Below, piece after piece: positions 1-11,917 of a stretch of 64,000 nt of DNA. The position numbers and the translations under genes were made by a program. This stretch comes from Octopus vulgaris. Lineage: Eukaryota. Each line of letters begins with the position of its first letter. The first letter of the stretch is position 1. The stretch is from assembly GCA_951406725.2 (NCBI GenBank), contig OX597821.1, positions 96,348,001 to 96,412,000 of the forward strand, read 5' to 3'. A model generated the notes under the pieces. It made no database searches and had not been told where the DNA came from. It was given only the letters and a program-made list of their open reading frames with translations.

Positions 1-120
1 GACTTTTTCTACTCTATATATTAGCATTGTTTCTATAAAACGGAAGCTGGTTTCTTATAATGAAACAAAAGCCTTATCATTGGAGTTTGGATAATTTGAC
101 TGTATGTTTGTATGTATTTA

Positions 121-470
121 TGTAGGAGTGGCTGTCTGATAAGTAGCTTGCTTACGAACCACATGGTTCTGGGTTCAGTCCAACTGCGTGGCATCTTGGG
201 TAAGTGTTTTCTACTATAGCTTCGGATCGACCGAAGCCTTGTGAGTGGATTTGGTAGTGTGTGTGTATATGTTTGTGTGTCTGTGTTTGTCCCCCCAATA
301 TCACTTGACAAACGACGCTGGTGTGTTTACGTCCCCGTACCCTAGCGGTTCGGCAAAAGAGACTGATAGAAAAAGTACTAGGCTTACAAAGAATAAGTTC
401 TGGGGTCGATTTGCTCACTATAGGCGGTGCTCCAGCATGGCCACAGTCAAACGACTGAAACATGTAAAAG
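121..470 (+). mobile_element. tRNA-derived SINE family A
   Basis: A-box-like TGGCTGTCTGA and B-box-like GGTTCAGTCC head; internal (TG)n; tail GGCGGTGCTCCAGCATGGCC..TGAAAC; matches copies at 1914, 5319, 42622. Confidence 0.85.
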
Positions 471-499
471 ATTATATATGTATGTATTACTATATATTT

Positions 500-842
500 T
501 ATCTTTCACTTGTTTAAGTCATTAGACTGCGGTTGTGCTGGGGCACCATCTTAGAGAATATTTTAGTAGAATTAATCGACCCAGTTGCCGAATAGCTAAG
601 ATACTTGGACATAAACACACCAGCACCGGTTGTCAAGCGGTAGTGAGGAACAAACCCGATCGCACACGGACACACACACATACACACACACCCGCACACA
701 CACACACACACACTCACACACACACACACACACAAACATACGTATATATACAGCGGGGTTCTTTAAGTTTCCGTCTACCAAATCCGTTCTCAAAGCTACT
801 GTAAGAGACACTTGCTCAAGGTACAATGCGGTGGGACGGGAC
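500..842 (-). mobile_element. SINE family A, diverged inverted copy
   Basis: Reverse complement of family A body and tail (TTTCCGTCTACCAAATCC, ACACCAGCACCGGTTGTCAAGCG). Confidence 0.75.
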
Positions 843-859
843 TCTTTACATATATGTGC

Positions 860-898
<39 letters not shown>

Positions 899-1031
899 TT
901 TATGTATGCATGCATGTATGTATATGCGTGTATGAATGTATAGACATACATTCACACGCATGCATTTATACATAAATATATACATTTCCAGCACGCGCGC
1001 GCACACACTCACACACACACAAGCACACACA

Positions 1032-1072
<41 letters not shown>

Positions 1073-1176
1073 ATATGTAACAACTGCACTTGTTCTTGCA
1101 TTACCCGAATTTGGGATAAATTTTTAATTATGCTACCGACCTTCGCTTGTTCCAAGAATGTTGATTCATGAAATAT

Positions 1177-1608
1177 TCTTTTCTACTCTAGGCACAAGGC
1201 CCGAAATTTTTGGGGAGGCGGCCAGTCGATTAGATCGACCCTAGTACGCAACTGGTACTTAATCTATCGATCCCGAAATGATGAAAGGCAAAGTCGACCT
1301 CGGCAGAATTTGAACTAAGAACGTAAAGACAGACGAAATACCGCTAAACATTTCGCCCAGCGTACTAATGTTTCTTATTTCCTTATTGCCCACAAGGGGC
1401 TAAACACAGAGGGGACAAACAAGGACAGACAAACGGATTAAGTCGATTACATCGACTCAAGTGCGTAACTGGTACTTAATTTATCGATCCCGGGAGGATG
1501 AAAGGCAAAGTCGACCTCGGTGGAATTTGAACTCAGAACGTAACGGCAGACGAAATACGGCTACGCATTTCGTCCGGCGTGCTAACGTTTCTGCCAGCTC
1601 GCCGCCTT
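1177..1608 (-). mobile_element. SINE family B, tandem dimer
   Basis: Two copies of ATGAAAGGCAAAGTCGACCTCGG..GAATTTGAACT; tRNA-like head at right end; central domain resembles a conserved metazoan SINE core (from memory, not searched). Confidence 0.8.
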
Positions 1609-1913
1609 GATTAACGAGCTATTGCTGCATTGAACCAATATAGAAGATGGTTCAATTAAACTCAATAATAATGAGCAAAATAGATGACATGGAGAAGATA
1701 AAAATAGAATATAAAATAGAAGAGTGATTTTAAATTTTATTTATTTTCTGAGAAAACATGCCTGCATTCAAAATTTGATATTAATTTACATCATAATAAC
1801 AGAATTATTTTTCTAATCAACATTTGATATTTTTCACTGTTAATAAATCTAAGTCTTTTGTAATTAAATTTGGTTCCCATTTTTAGAAAGTATACCAAAT
1901 GAAATATATATAT

Positions 1914-2312
1914 AGGCGTAGGAGTGGCTCCGTGGTAAGTAGCTTGCTTACGAACCACATGGTTCCGGGTTCAGTCCCACTGTGTGGCACATTGGGCAAG
2001 TGTCTTCTACTATAGTCTCGGGCCGACCAAAGCCTTGTGAGTGGATTTGGTAGACGGAAACTGAAAGAAGCCCGTCGTATATATGTATATATATATATAT
2101 GTATGTTTGTGTGTTGTGTTTGCCCCCCCCCCCAACATCGCTTGACAACCGATGCTGGTGTGTTTACGTCCCCGAAGCGGTTCGGCAAAAGAGACCGATA
2201 GAATAAGTACAGGGCTTACAAAGAATAAGTCCTGTGGTCGATTTCCTCGACTAAAGGCGGTACTCCAGCATGGCCACAGTCAAATGACTGAAACAAGTAA
2301 GTGAGTAAATGA
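1914..2312 (+). mobile_element. SINE family A, full length
   Basis: Near identical to 5319-5712 and 42622-43037. Confidence 0.9.
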
Positions 2313-2364
2313 GATATATATATTATTTCATCTAGTTTCAGCTCACGAGCTGTGGCCATGCTGG

Positions 2365-2397
<33 letters not shown>

Positions 2398-2400
<3 letters not shown>

Positions 2401-3980
2401 AAATTTACAGAAAAACAAATGAGGAAGACAGGTGTGTGAACAACAATCAGGTGTATTAATTTGACGTTGGGGAAATTGAGAAACTCTTTTACGGTTTCAG
2501 GCTAAGCTCTTCAACAGAAAGGAATAATAGAAAATAACAGAGAGAATATACAAAAAACGTGTGGACTTAGCGATCAAGCATGGTCACTGGTTATGAGAAA
2601 AAAAGAGATTTGACAGGAAAGGTAGAAAGAAGGGGAGATAAGAAAGTATTTGTGATCCCAAAACGAAGCTGCGCGTGCGTGTATGCGTGTTTGTGTGGAT
2701 AGGGGCTAGTAATTTTTCCGTGTATTGATATGTGCATGTGTAAGTGTGTGCGTCTGTAATGTGTGGGTGTGCGGGTGTGCGAATGATGGTGTGTGGGTGT
2801 GCAGATGATGGTGTGGGGTGTGCATGTGATGGTGTGGGTGCTGGGAAGTGGTCAGTGTTAGTGTGTGTGGAGTGGTGTGGTGAGATGTGGTGTGGTGAGA
2901 TGTAGTGTGGTGGTGTAGTGGTGTTGGTGTGGATGGGGTATGTGAGAGTGGGTTGTAGTGAATGACCGGTAGAGCAGAGATGACGCGAAACCGGCGTGTC
3001 ATTGCTGACCCTGAGGTTTCGCAGGTGCTCTGGGAACCGGTCAGCCAAGCAGCATTCCATTTGACCGATGTGCAAAGAAGGGTAGAAAGAGCCGGAGATG
3101 CAGTAAACGACGTGGCCTGAAGTGCAGGTAAAGGAGCTGGTGATATGATAGGGACGTTGATGAGTGCCTGTGAGGATGGTTGTGTTGGAGAGGTAGTGTG
3201 GGCGGGAGCGCAGGAATGAGCCAGGTTCAGAGGTGTGGTGAAGGCAGAAAATGTGAACCAGGAGGTCACACAGGCTCGTTTGAAGGATGGAAAAGGTAGG
3301 TTGGGGAAGATGTGCAAAGTGGAGGAGTCGGACTGGAGTCACCGGAAGGCTCGGAGAATGGTGCGTTAGAGGGGCAGGGTGGAGGGGTGGTAGGTGAGGG
3401 AAAACAAGAGACGGGCAACGGCGGGATATTTGCGGGGAGAGAGCAGAAGCATGGTCTACGGAACGTGCTCTGGCAAAGACTGTGGATGGTGACGAGGGGA
3501 TATCCACAAAGAATGAAGTGGCGAGCCATGAGTTGAGACTGAGTTTCAAAGTCATGGCTGTCACTGCAGAACCTGCGCAGGCGGAGGAATTGGGAGAAGG
3601 GAATGAAGATCTTGGTGTGGGTAAGGTTAGAGGAGGAGAAGTTGACGCATGAGTCCGAGTCAGTGTGTTTGTAGTGGATGGAGGTAGTGAGAATGGAGTG
3701 GTGTATGTTGACCGAAATGTCGAGAAAAGCGACAGAAATGTCGAAGATTGTGCCGGAGAATTCGATGGCAGGATGGAAGGATTGAAAAAAAAGGAGAGGA
3801 AAGAGTCTAATTGTTTGCGGGAGAGTGAGGTTGCACCAATACAATCATCAATATAACGACAGTATATTTCGGCAGTGGGACAAGTGAATCGATAGCATAT
3901 TTGGGCCTCCACATAGCCAACCAACAGGTTCACATAGTTAGGGCCCATTTTCGTTCCCAGTGATACTCCCGAATACTGCT
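2398..3980 (-). mobile_element. 5'-truncated Penelope-like retroelement (RT C-half + GIY-YIG endonuclease, frameshifted) with 3' pseudo-LTR
   Basis: Motifs MGPNYVNLLVGYVE, YCRYIDDCIG, FLDISV, YKHTDS, IPFSQFLRLRRFCSD, CGYP, then VVYCIS..LHIGQ..LADRFPEHL..PVSRH; both ends abut (TA)n. Confidence 0.9.
2487..2520 (-). ncRNA. Minimal hammerhead-like motif in PLE pseudo-LTR (U6 variant)
   Basis: Minus strand UUU CUGUUGA AGAGC UUA GCCU GAAAC C GUA AAA. Confidence 0.55.
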
Positions 3981-4067
3981 GGTATATATATTATATATAT
4001 AGGGAGATGTACTCGCATAGCAAGTGATTTGATTTGAGATCGTGTGCTGGAACGAAAACAATTGCAG

Positions 4068-4353
4068 CGTGGAAGGTGTTTGTAAGCCATTTAAGAAACA
4101 CACAAAAGCCGTTCGATTCACTTCAACATTTAAGTTTAATTTGTCAAAATATTTTGGTCGCTAAAATCCGCGACCTGTTCACTGACAAAAATCCGTGCTG
4201 TATCACGGATTTTTGTGCTGCAGCACGGATTTTTGTCAGTGAACAGGTCGCGGATTTTAGCGACGAAAATATTTTGACAAATTAAACTTAAATGTTGAAG
4301 TGAATCGAACGGCTTTTGTGTGTTTCTTAAATGGCTTACAAACACCTTCCACG
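4068..4353. repeat. Long palindrome, 133-bp arms with 1 mismatch, 20-bp spacer
   Basis: 4068-4200 is the reverse complement of 4221-4353; right arm ends next to (TA)n. Confidence 0.95.
4233..4280 (+). ncRNA. Minimal type I hammerhead, G3-C8 core variant
   Basis: UUGUCA GUGAACA G GUCGC ggauuuua GCGAC GAAAA UA UUU UGACAA: 6-bp helix I, 5-bp helix II, palindromic AAUAUU helix III. Confidence 0.7.
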
Positions 4354-4357
4354 TAGC

Positions 4358-4415
<58 letters not shown>

Positions 4416-4417
4416 CA

Positions 4418-4467
<50 letters not shown>

Positions 4468-5259
4468 CATATATACATATATGCATGCATACAAACATAC
4501 ACATATGTAAGAACATATAAGCATACATAGATATACATAAGCATGTGTATGTACATGTATACATAAATACATATACACCAGGACAGTCGCTTGGCAGAAT
4601 CAGTGGAGCACCTCATGACATTTTTGCAGTATTTAATCTGATTCTTTACGATATGAATTTACATGTGTAGTTGAACTTTATTTTTCAGCTTTCTGTACTT
4701 GATAAAAGAAATTACACGACCATACATTCATGTATTAAGCCGGTACCATCCTTCTCCCTCTTATACAGACAGAGACTCAGTTTGATAGCGAAAAAGATGC
4801 TAAGGACTAGTCGCATTATCCCCATTTCTTCCAAGACGCCTCTGCTGTCTAGAAATGGCGCCCCAGGAAGACATCTCCTGCAGCTGGCTATTGACACATT
4901 ATTTGTGCCTACCAGTATTTGCAAAGGGAAGTTATCGTTCCCATCTCCAGCCTGACGTGATACACATGGACCCGAGTTTCTGGGTATTGACCTGTCATTA
5001 GCGTGTGACAACCACCGGTTGGCGATGGGAAGTGATTCTCGATGCAAGTATATACAGTATATACAGTTTTTCCAGTGACGAAAAGTCACTGATCTCGAAA
5101 AAGTGGAAACAGGCAATAATAAATCTCTGAGCGAGGTATAAACAGTAGCCGCACGACATCGTGAAGTATATTTGCCACCTAAATGTGGGTAACCCTTAAG
5201 GGTTGATGCTACCATATCAATTGTTGGGTTATGGTAGTGGGACATGTACAGACTCACAA

Positions 5260-5315
<56 letters not shown>

Positions 5316-5318
5316 TTA

Positions 5319-5712
5319 CGCAGGAGTGGCTGTGTGGTAAGTAGCTTGCTAACCAACCACATGGTTCCGGGTTCAGTCCCACTACGTGGCATCTTGGGCA
5401 AGTGTCTTCTACTATAGCCCCGGGCCGACCAATGCTTTGTGAGTGGATTTGGTAGACGGAAACTGAAAGAAGCCTGTTGTATATATGTATATATATATAT
5501 ATGTGTGTGTTTGTGTTTGTCCCCCTAGCATTGCTTGACAACCGATGCTGGTGTGTTTACGTCCCCGTAACTTAGCGGTTCGGCAAAAGAGACCGATAGA
5601 ATAAGTACTGGGCTTACAAAGAATAAGTCTCGAGGTCGATTTGCTCGACTAAAGGTGGTGCTCCAGCATGGCCGCAGTCAAATGACTGAAACAAGTAAAA
5701 GAGACTAAAGAG
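5319..5712 (+). mobile_element. SINE family A, full length
   Basis: Matches the other family A copies end to end. Confidence 0.9.
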
Positions 5713-5751
5713 TATATATAAATATATATATATATATATATACATATATAC

Positions 5752-5914
5752 ACGACGGGCTTTTTTCAACTTCCGTCTACCAAATGCACTCACAAGTCTT
5801 TGGACGGCCCGAGACTATAATAGAAGAAACTTGCCCCATGGGTCCGGATTCAGTCCCGCAGTGGGACTGAATCCAGAACCACGTGGTTAGGAAGCAAGCT
5901 TCTTACCACAGCCA

Positions 5915-5917
<3 letters not shown>
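5752..5917 (-). mobile_element. SINE family A head, inverted
   Basis: Reverse complement of the head (CTTCTTACCACAGCCACT, GTGGGACTGAATCC). Confidence 0.8.
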
Positions 5918-6001
<84 letters not shown>

Positions 6002-6349
6002 ATAACCATGACACAGAAATAATCATAATTATATTCTCGAATAATCAATATATATCATTGAATAAAATAAATAACTAATAATCATATCAGTGAAAGATGA
6101 TGAAGCCGTAGATTATTCGGGATAGTTAATGTCTTTCCTGTTGTTTCTAATCCACAGAGATTTCTGTTCTTTTATATTGAGGATGTTCTTCAAATTAACG
6201 TAAATGCTTTGGACGTTAAGAAAATCGATAACAGAACTGGAACATTGTCAAATTGTACATTTCTTGTTCAGCTGTGAGCTATGCGAACACTGATCAATAT
6301 ATTCTTATACGCTGAAGCATTCTGGTTGTTGCTATATATGTGTATATAT

Positions 6350-6500
6350 AGCGTGGATGTGTGACCAGAAGTTTGCTTCCTAACCATATGGTTTTCAGTT
6401 CAGTCCCATTGCGCGGCACCTTGGACAAGTGTCTTCTACTATAGCTGACCAAAACCTTGTGAGTGGATTTGGTAGATGGAAATTGACAGAACCCCATTGT
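6350..6500 (+). mobile_element. SINE family A head, diverged
   Basis: GTTCAGTCCCATTGCGCGGCACCTTGGACAAGTGTCTTCTACTATAGC. Confidence 0.75.
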
Positions 6501-6737
6501 GTGTATATATATATGAATAAATGAAAGAATGGAGTCGAACGAAAATGTTAACAAAATTCCTTTACTCTCGACATGTGTTTCGAAGACCACATGGTTTCAT
6601 TCCAAAGGAATAAAGAGCGTATGATGCAATCTTCTCAGGTCGCTTCAACCGTGTTTCTGACGCGAATTTGCTACGCTGGTATCGGTTCAACGAATTTTCC
6701 ATGCTGACGATAAACATAGGATAATTCATTCACCTAT

Positions 6738-6774
<37 letters not shown>

Positions 6775-7033
6775 TAGATAGATAGATAGATAGATATAGA
6801 TATATATGCGTACGTATGTATGTATGTATGTATGTATGTATGTATGTATGTATGCATGTATGTATGTGTATGTATGTATGTATGTATGTATGTGTGTATG
6901 TATGTATGTATGTATGTATGTATGTATGTATGTATGTATGTATGTATGTATGTATGTATGTATGCATGTATGTATGTATCTAAGTAGATCAGATATTCCG
7001 AAAATGGAATTCACGAGATTCTTTATTCAAATC

Positions 7034-7136
7034 CACTACAAATGTTTCGATTCGTCCTAAATCTGTAATGTCACAGGTGAGAAACTGTACAATCAACTGT
7101 TTTGCATCACAGGTGGAGACGGTGTCTCCTCAGGTG
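7034..7136 (-). ncRNA. Type I hammerhead motif with long helix II insert
   Basis: Minus strand CAC CUGAGGA GAcacCGUC ... GACGaaUC GAAAC AUUU GUA GUG. Confidence 0.6.
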
Positions 7137-7269
7137 ACTTCTTGAGGAAGTTTCTCGCTCCTTCTCTCCAATTCAGCCTGGTCTGTTAAGATATATTTTT
7201 TAGGTATCTGCTACATTCTAGCAGTTTTGATAAGAAACATGTGTGTCTGTCTGTGTAGTTGTATGTGGT

Positions 7270-7311
<42 letters not shown>

Positions 7312-7349
7312 CGTCTGCATATGTGTGTGCACGAGTCTTTTTGTTTGTT

Positions 7350-7530
7350 TTTGCCCCCACTACTGTTTGACAACCGGTGTTGATGTGTTTACGTCCTCGT
7401 AACATCATCGTTTCGGGTAAAAGAGACCGATAAAATAACCAAGCTTTAAAAAGTACTGGTGACAGATTCATTGAGAGCATTGCCCCAACACTGGTGCGCT
7501 CAAATGACTGAAACGAGTCAAAAATAAAAC
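7350..7530 (+). mobile_element. SINE family A 3' half, diverged
   Basis: TTGACAACCGGTGTTGATGTGTTTACGTCC ... AATGACTGAAAC. Confidence 0.7.
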
Positions 7531-7531
7531 A

Positions 7532-7661
<130 letters not shown>

Positions 7662-9229
7662 TATATATACATACATACATACATACATACATATAAAAAT
7701 ATATATAAACAATCCCTGGCGCTTTTGTCTGATGAGACACATATCAAAATCCCTCCGCCCCAGAATGCCGTGCGCCAATGACCCCTGTCACCATAAAAGG
7801 GAGAAGTTTTCCTCCAAAGATGTACACTATGGTGACCAGCATATTTTGCGTCTGAGACTCCCTGGTCGTATTTCTAACACTACACAAAGCAATTAATAGG
7901 ATAACCTCGTTCGAATACATGTAACAAAGTGAAACATTGCTAAAGGTACCAAAATCGATGTGGTGAATGTGTTAGTGGTTGTGGTGGTCGAGGTAGTTGT
8001 GCTAGTAGTTGTGGTGCTGGTAATGGTTCTGGTGGTATCGGTTGTGGTGGTGGTGGTGTTAAACTTGATGATTGACTAAATCTACCTCGAAAAATATCAA
8101 TTAGACAGGTTAATTTTAGATATAAGAAAAAAGTGGAGGTCATAAATGGAACGCCGATGATCGCGTTAGAGAGATTCTCTCGATACTAGTTAGCGATTGT
8201 ATATGATCAGATGATTAACTCTGAGTATTGACTGATATAATCCGAGAAAGAAGGAAGCCTGGTCTTGATTATATTGATGTTGAGTAATACAGTTGATTGA
8301 TTATTCAATAATGTCGTCCCTTCCACTTCACCGTCACATCTCTTCGCCAGTCATGTCTTAAACAGGCTTCAATCAAACTGGTTCAAATGCGGTGACTCAC
8401 TGATAAATCAACTCAAAAGCGATCGACTCGTTTAGTCATTGAATAACTAACTAAATAAAGAAACAAACAATAAAACGAAATGAAAAAAAAAGGTTTTTAG
8501 ATGTGAAAGGGTCGGTGGTGGTGTGAGGATGAATAGGATTACAAGGATTTTCATGTGGTGTCGATGTCATTAGTAACATTAGTGTAAGAGCTTTAGCAGG
8601 AAAATTGTACTTGCGATTTCCGGTCACAGACAATGCATATGACGAAGGACAGACTCCCCAAAGCCTGTCGGTCGCCCGCCTAAACGCATTCATTCAATGC
8701 AAAATTTCTTTTCGTGTGTTACTCAAACGCCGAGCAGAGAGCTGTAGCAATCATTAAATGGTTACAACAGACATTTCAAAGATAACCCAGTTTTAAGTAA
8801 TATGTTTTTCTTTTCTTAATCATTTTATTCCAATTTTTTCTGACTTAAGCTCAATAAAACTTGCATGCCTCTCCAATGTTAATAAGTGACATTTGCCAGA
8901 ATAAGAGAGGGATTCTATACAAGGCCCCTCGACTTACAAAAAATAGCAGCCTTGTCCTCTCAAATTAGGCCGCAGCATCATCAAAGATTAACGATATTAA
9001 GGTAGTATTATCCAAGGTAAAGAAATATCAAATGGTCATTTATGATCATAAGTTTGATCAATCAGTTATCCTGAAATTAAATAACAACATCAACAATAAT
9101 CATATCATGAGGTAAAATATAACGAAGACTGCAATATGCCTATCAACAATAGACCCAAGTACTTTCCCTACTAGCTACAGTCTCAAACGTTATTCATAAG
9201 CGGAAATGTAGATAAGCCGGAAAGAACGA

Positions 9230-9785
9230 GCAACTTGCTTTCTTGACTGGTACACGATAGAGTGAATATCGTAGGAGAGTTTAAACGACCAACTTATATA
9301 ACAAACTATGTAATTGACCTGATAACTGATGGTGTCTTTCTCAAGAAATATGGTATCCTAGGTATCCTAGGTATTCTAGGTATGAGGAGTTTAGATACTC
9401 GGAGTATATAACCAATCTATGATATGTAACTGACCTAATAACCCCACATCGTTAATTCCAAAGATTAAGACCTCATAGGAGAAAGGGGAGTTAAGATATA
9501 TCAATCTATGTAACTACCTGATAAAAACCTTTGCCTTCTGGAAGGAATATGACATTCTTGGGAAAAAGACTGGAGGCATTACACATATACATCTATATAA
9601 CTTACCTTATGAAATCCCTTCACCGACCTAAAGGAGTATGGTATTTTAGGAGGGAGAAGATTAGATACTAAGTGATTATATCAATATATGCAATTGATAG
9701 TTATACTCCCATAATTTACCTCAAGGAGTATGATATCATTAGCTAGAGAGCTTAGATGCTTAGTGTCTAAATCAGTTTATAATAT
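9230..9785. repeat. Old diverged minisatellite, unit about 90-110 bp, about 5-6 copies
   Basis: Recurring AATCTATGTAACT(G)ACCTGATAA, AAGGA(A/G)TATG(G/A)TAT and TTAGATACT blocks; internal GGTATCCTA x3 near 9352-9380. Confidence 0.6.
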
Positions 9786-10941
9786 AAAGCCTATCACCAT
9801 TACCAAGGTTTTCACAAGAAAATTGCTTTGACCTGCTGAAAGCAGTGTTTTTTGTTTTCTTGTTCGAGTCCTTCCAAACTGTAGCAACACCAACAGAGCC
9901 AATAAAAGTGTCTCCACTGGCAAAATTACAGCCAAATTATACTCAACTAATACTCTCTCGCTTTAAAAATAGAGAAATTTACTAGATAAATTAATCTTGA
10001 ACGTAATGTGCCAAGAAAGATGATGAAATGGTCAAGGTTTCTGCGCCAATGTAGCCATGTAAGTTTGTTACCGAATTATTGCACCTCCATCTTGGACATC
10101 AATAGAATCAGGAGGCCCACGGAAATAGATTTATCACTGGAGATGGTTTACATGTGGAGTTTATTTCTTTGCATTCTATGCGATTCCTCATTGCATACCG
10201 GTAGCCCTCAGATAAACGGAGACATGGTATAATAAGCAAAATAGACCCGTGGTGCGATGCTTAATCAATCGACTGCTTATTTGCAAGCCTTCTCGGTTAA
10301 ATCTGACCTGGGGTTACAAAGCATCAAAACTCCACGCAGCCAATATGGCTTTGTGCAACTGTATCTTTAAGACCAATATATGATAGTACCTAGGGTTCTG
10401 GATAACAGAGCTGGCAGAATGCTGGTGAAAATCTCTTACAATAGTTATGTCCCTTTCATTCTAAGGCCAAACATTGTTTCTGGCTCGTCTTTGTTGTTTA
10501 CTCTTTCGAGTTTTATAAATAAAACACCTGATATGCACTGGAGTCGATTAAAGTGACTTCATGCATCTCAAATTTATAGACATTGTGCTGGCGTTAGAAA
10601 CCAATATTATTATAGTAATATACAAACTTGTCTATAATATTGTATATTGTAGTTTGGTCGTAAATATTGTGCCACTGTGCATATTAGTTTGTCTAGACAT
10701 ATATTTGATTATATTTTAATCAGAATCTTTCAGCTGTTGTCACTGGCAATGTGGAAGGGATATATAACCGAATCTCGATGAATTGCTACATGATAGTATA
10801 ACTAGCTGGTTCGATCTTCATCCTAAGCAGCCGAACAGTCTTTAAAAATCTTCATTTTACAGTAAGGCTAAATGGATGTGTGAACATGTAGCGGTGCCCC
10901 AGCATGGCTGCAGCCCCAAGACTGAAACATATAAAAAAATG

Positions 10942-11016
<75 letters not shown>

Positions 11017-11678
11017 GTGTATTCTTAACCCACACTGTAGTTCTTACTCTATAATTATACAGTAATAAACTATACGGTTCAATCTGGGTTATTTGGTTAC
11101 TCTTGAAATAAAGTGATCGTGTCACGAAGCGTCAGGTCATCTGATTATATTTAATTTAAAGTTTTTTCGCCACATATCAGAGTTATTTCATATCCTTCCG
11201 ACAGACACATATGAAAATACATATGTGATGCAGTTATCTCTAGCTAGAGTACATTGTGAAAACGTAATTTGGTAGGTTCCTTAATTATTTCTAAATAGCT
11301 ACATCTCCTACTTATACATTTAATTAGGGCTATTTGATCACCAGGAAAGTCAAGTAGGAGTAAAATGAAGCAATACAAACTTCTGAAAAATTGTCTCTGG
11401 ACATTATCTTGTGAAATATATTTCTACATTGAAGCGTATGTCTAATAATATATGTACAATATGGAGAATATTTCATAAACTCGAAAAGAAGAAAGAAGCG
11501 TGATGATGATGATTATGATAATTGTGAGGGGTAATGATGCTGTTGATGATGATGATGTTACACGTGGTCAATTCTGATCCAAAACAGATACGATCAAAAG
11601 GCTTTCAACTTGTTTTTTAATGAGCGTGGTGTAGTATCCAGGATTACATTTATTTAGGTATTCGTCATTGTTTTCTTG

Positions 11679-11917
11679 TGGAGGCACATGGCCGAGTGGT
11701 TAGAGCAGCGGACTTGCGGTCGAGGGACCGCGGGTTCGAATCTCAGACCGGGCGATGTGTGTGTTTATAATCGAAACACCTAAGCTCCACTCGGCTCAGG
11801 ATGAGGGTAATCGCGAACTTCAGCAGACTCTTTCGCCACAACTTTCTCTCACTCTTTCCTCCAGGCGGGGAACCTATAAGCCAAGGAAACCGGCATGGCT
11901 TGAGAAGGAACAAACAA
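11679..11917 (+). mobile_element. tRNA-derived SINE (family C-like head, different tail) with target-site duplication
   Basis: TGGCCGAGTGGTTAG A box, GGTTCGAATC B box; CATTGTTTT on both flanks. Confidence 0.8.

Noticed and set aside
4712-5401. 229-aa minus-strand ORF
   Set aside because: Starts inside a SINE and crosses a microsatellite; the remainder has no motif I can assign, possibly an old element relic
7728-7760. CTGATGA match
   Set aside because: No downstream GAAA-N..UH with a pairing helix I
11679-11752. tRNA-like sequence
   Set aside because: SINE head with TSD and tail; no proper acceptor stem, so not a tRNA gene
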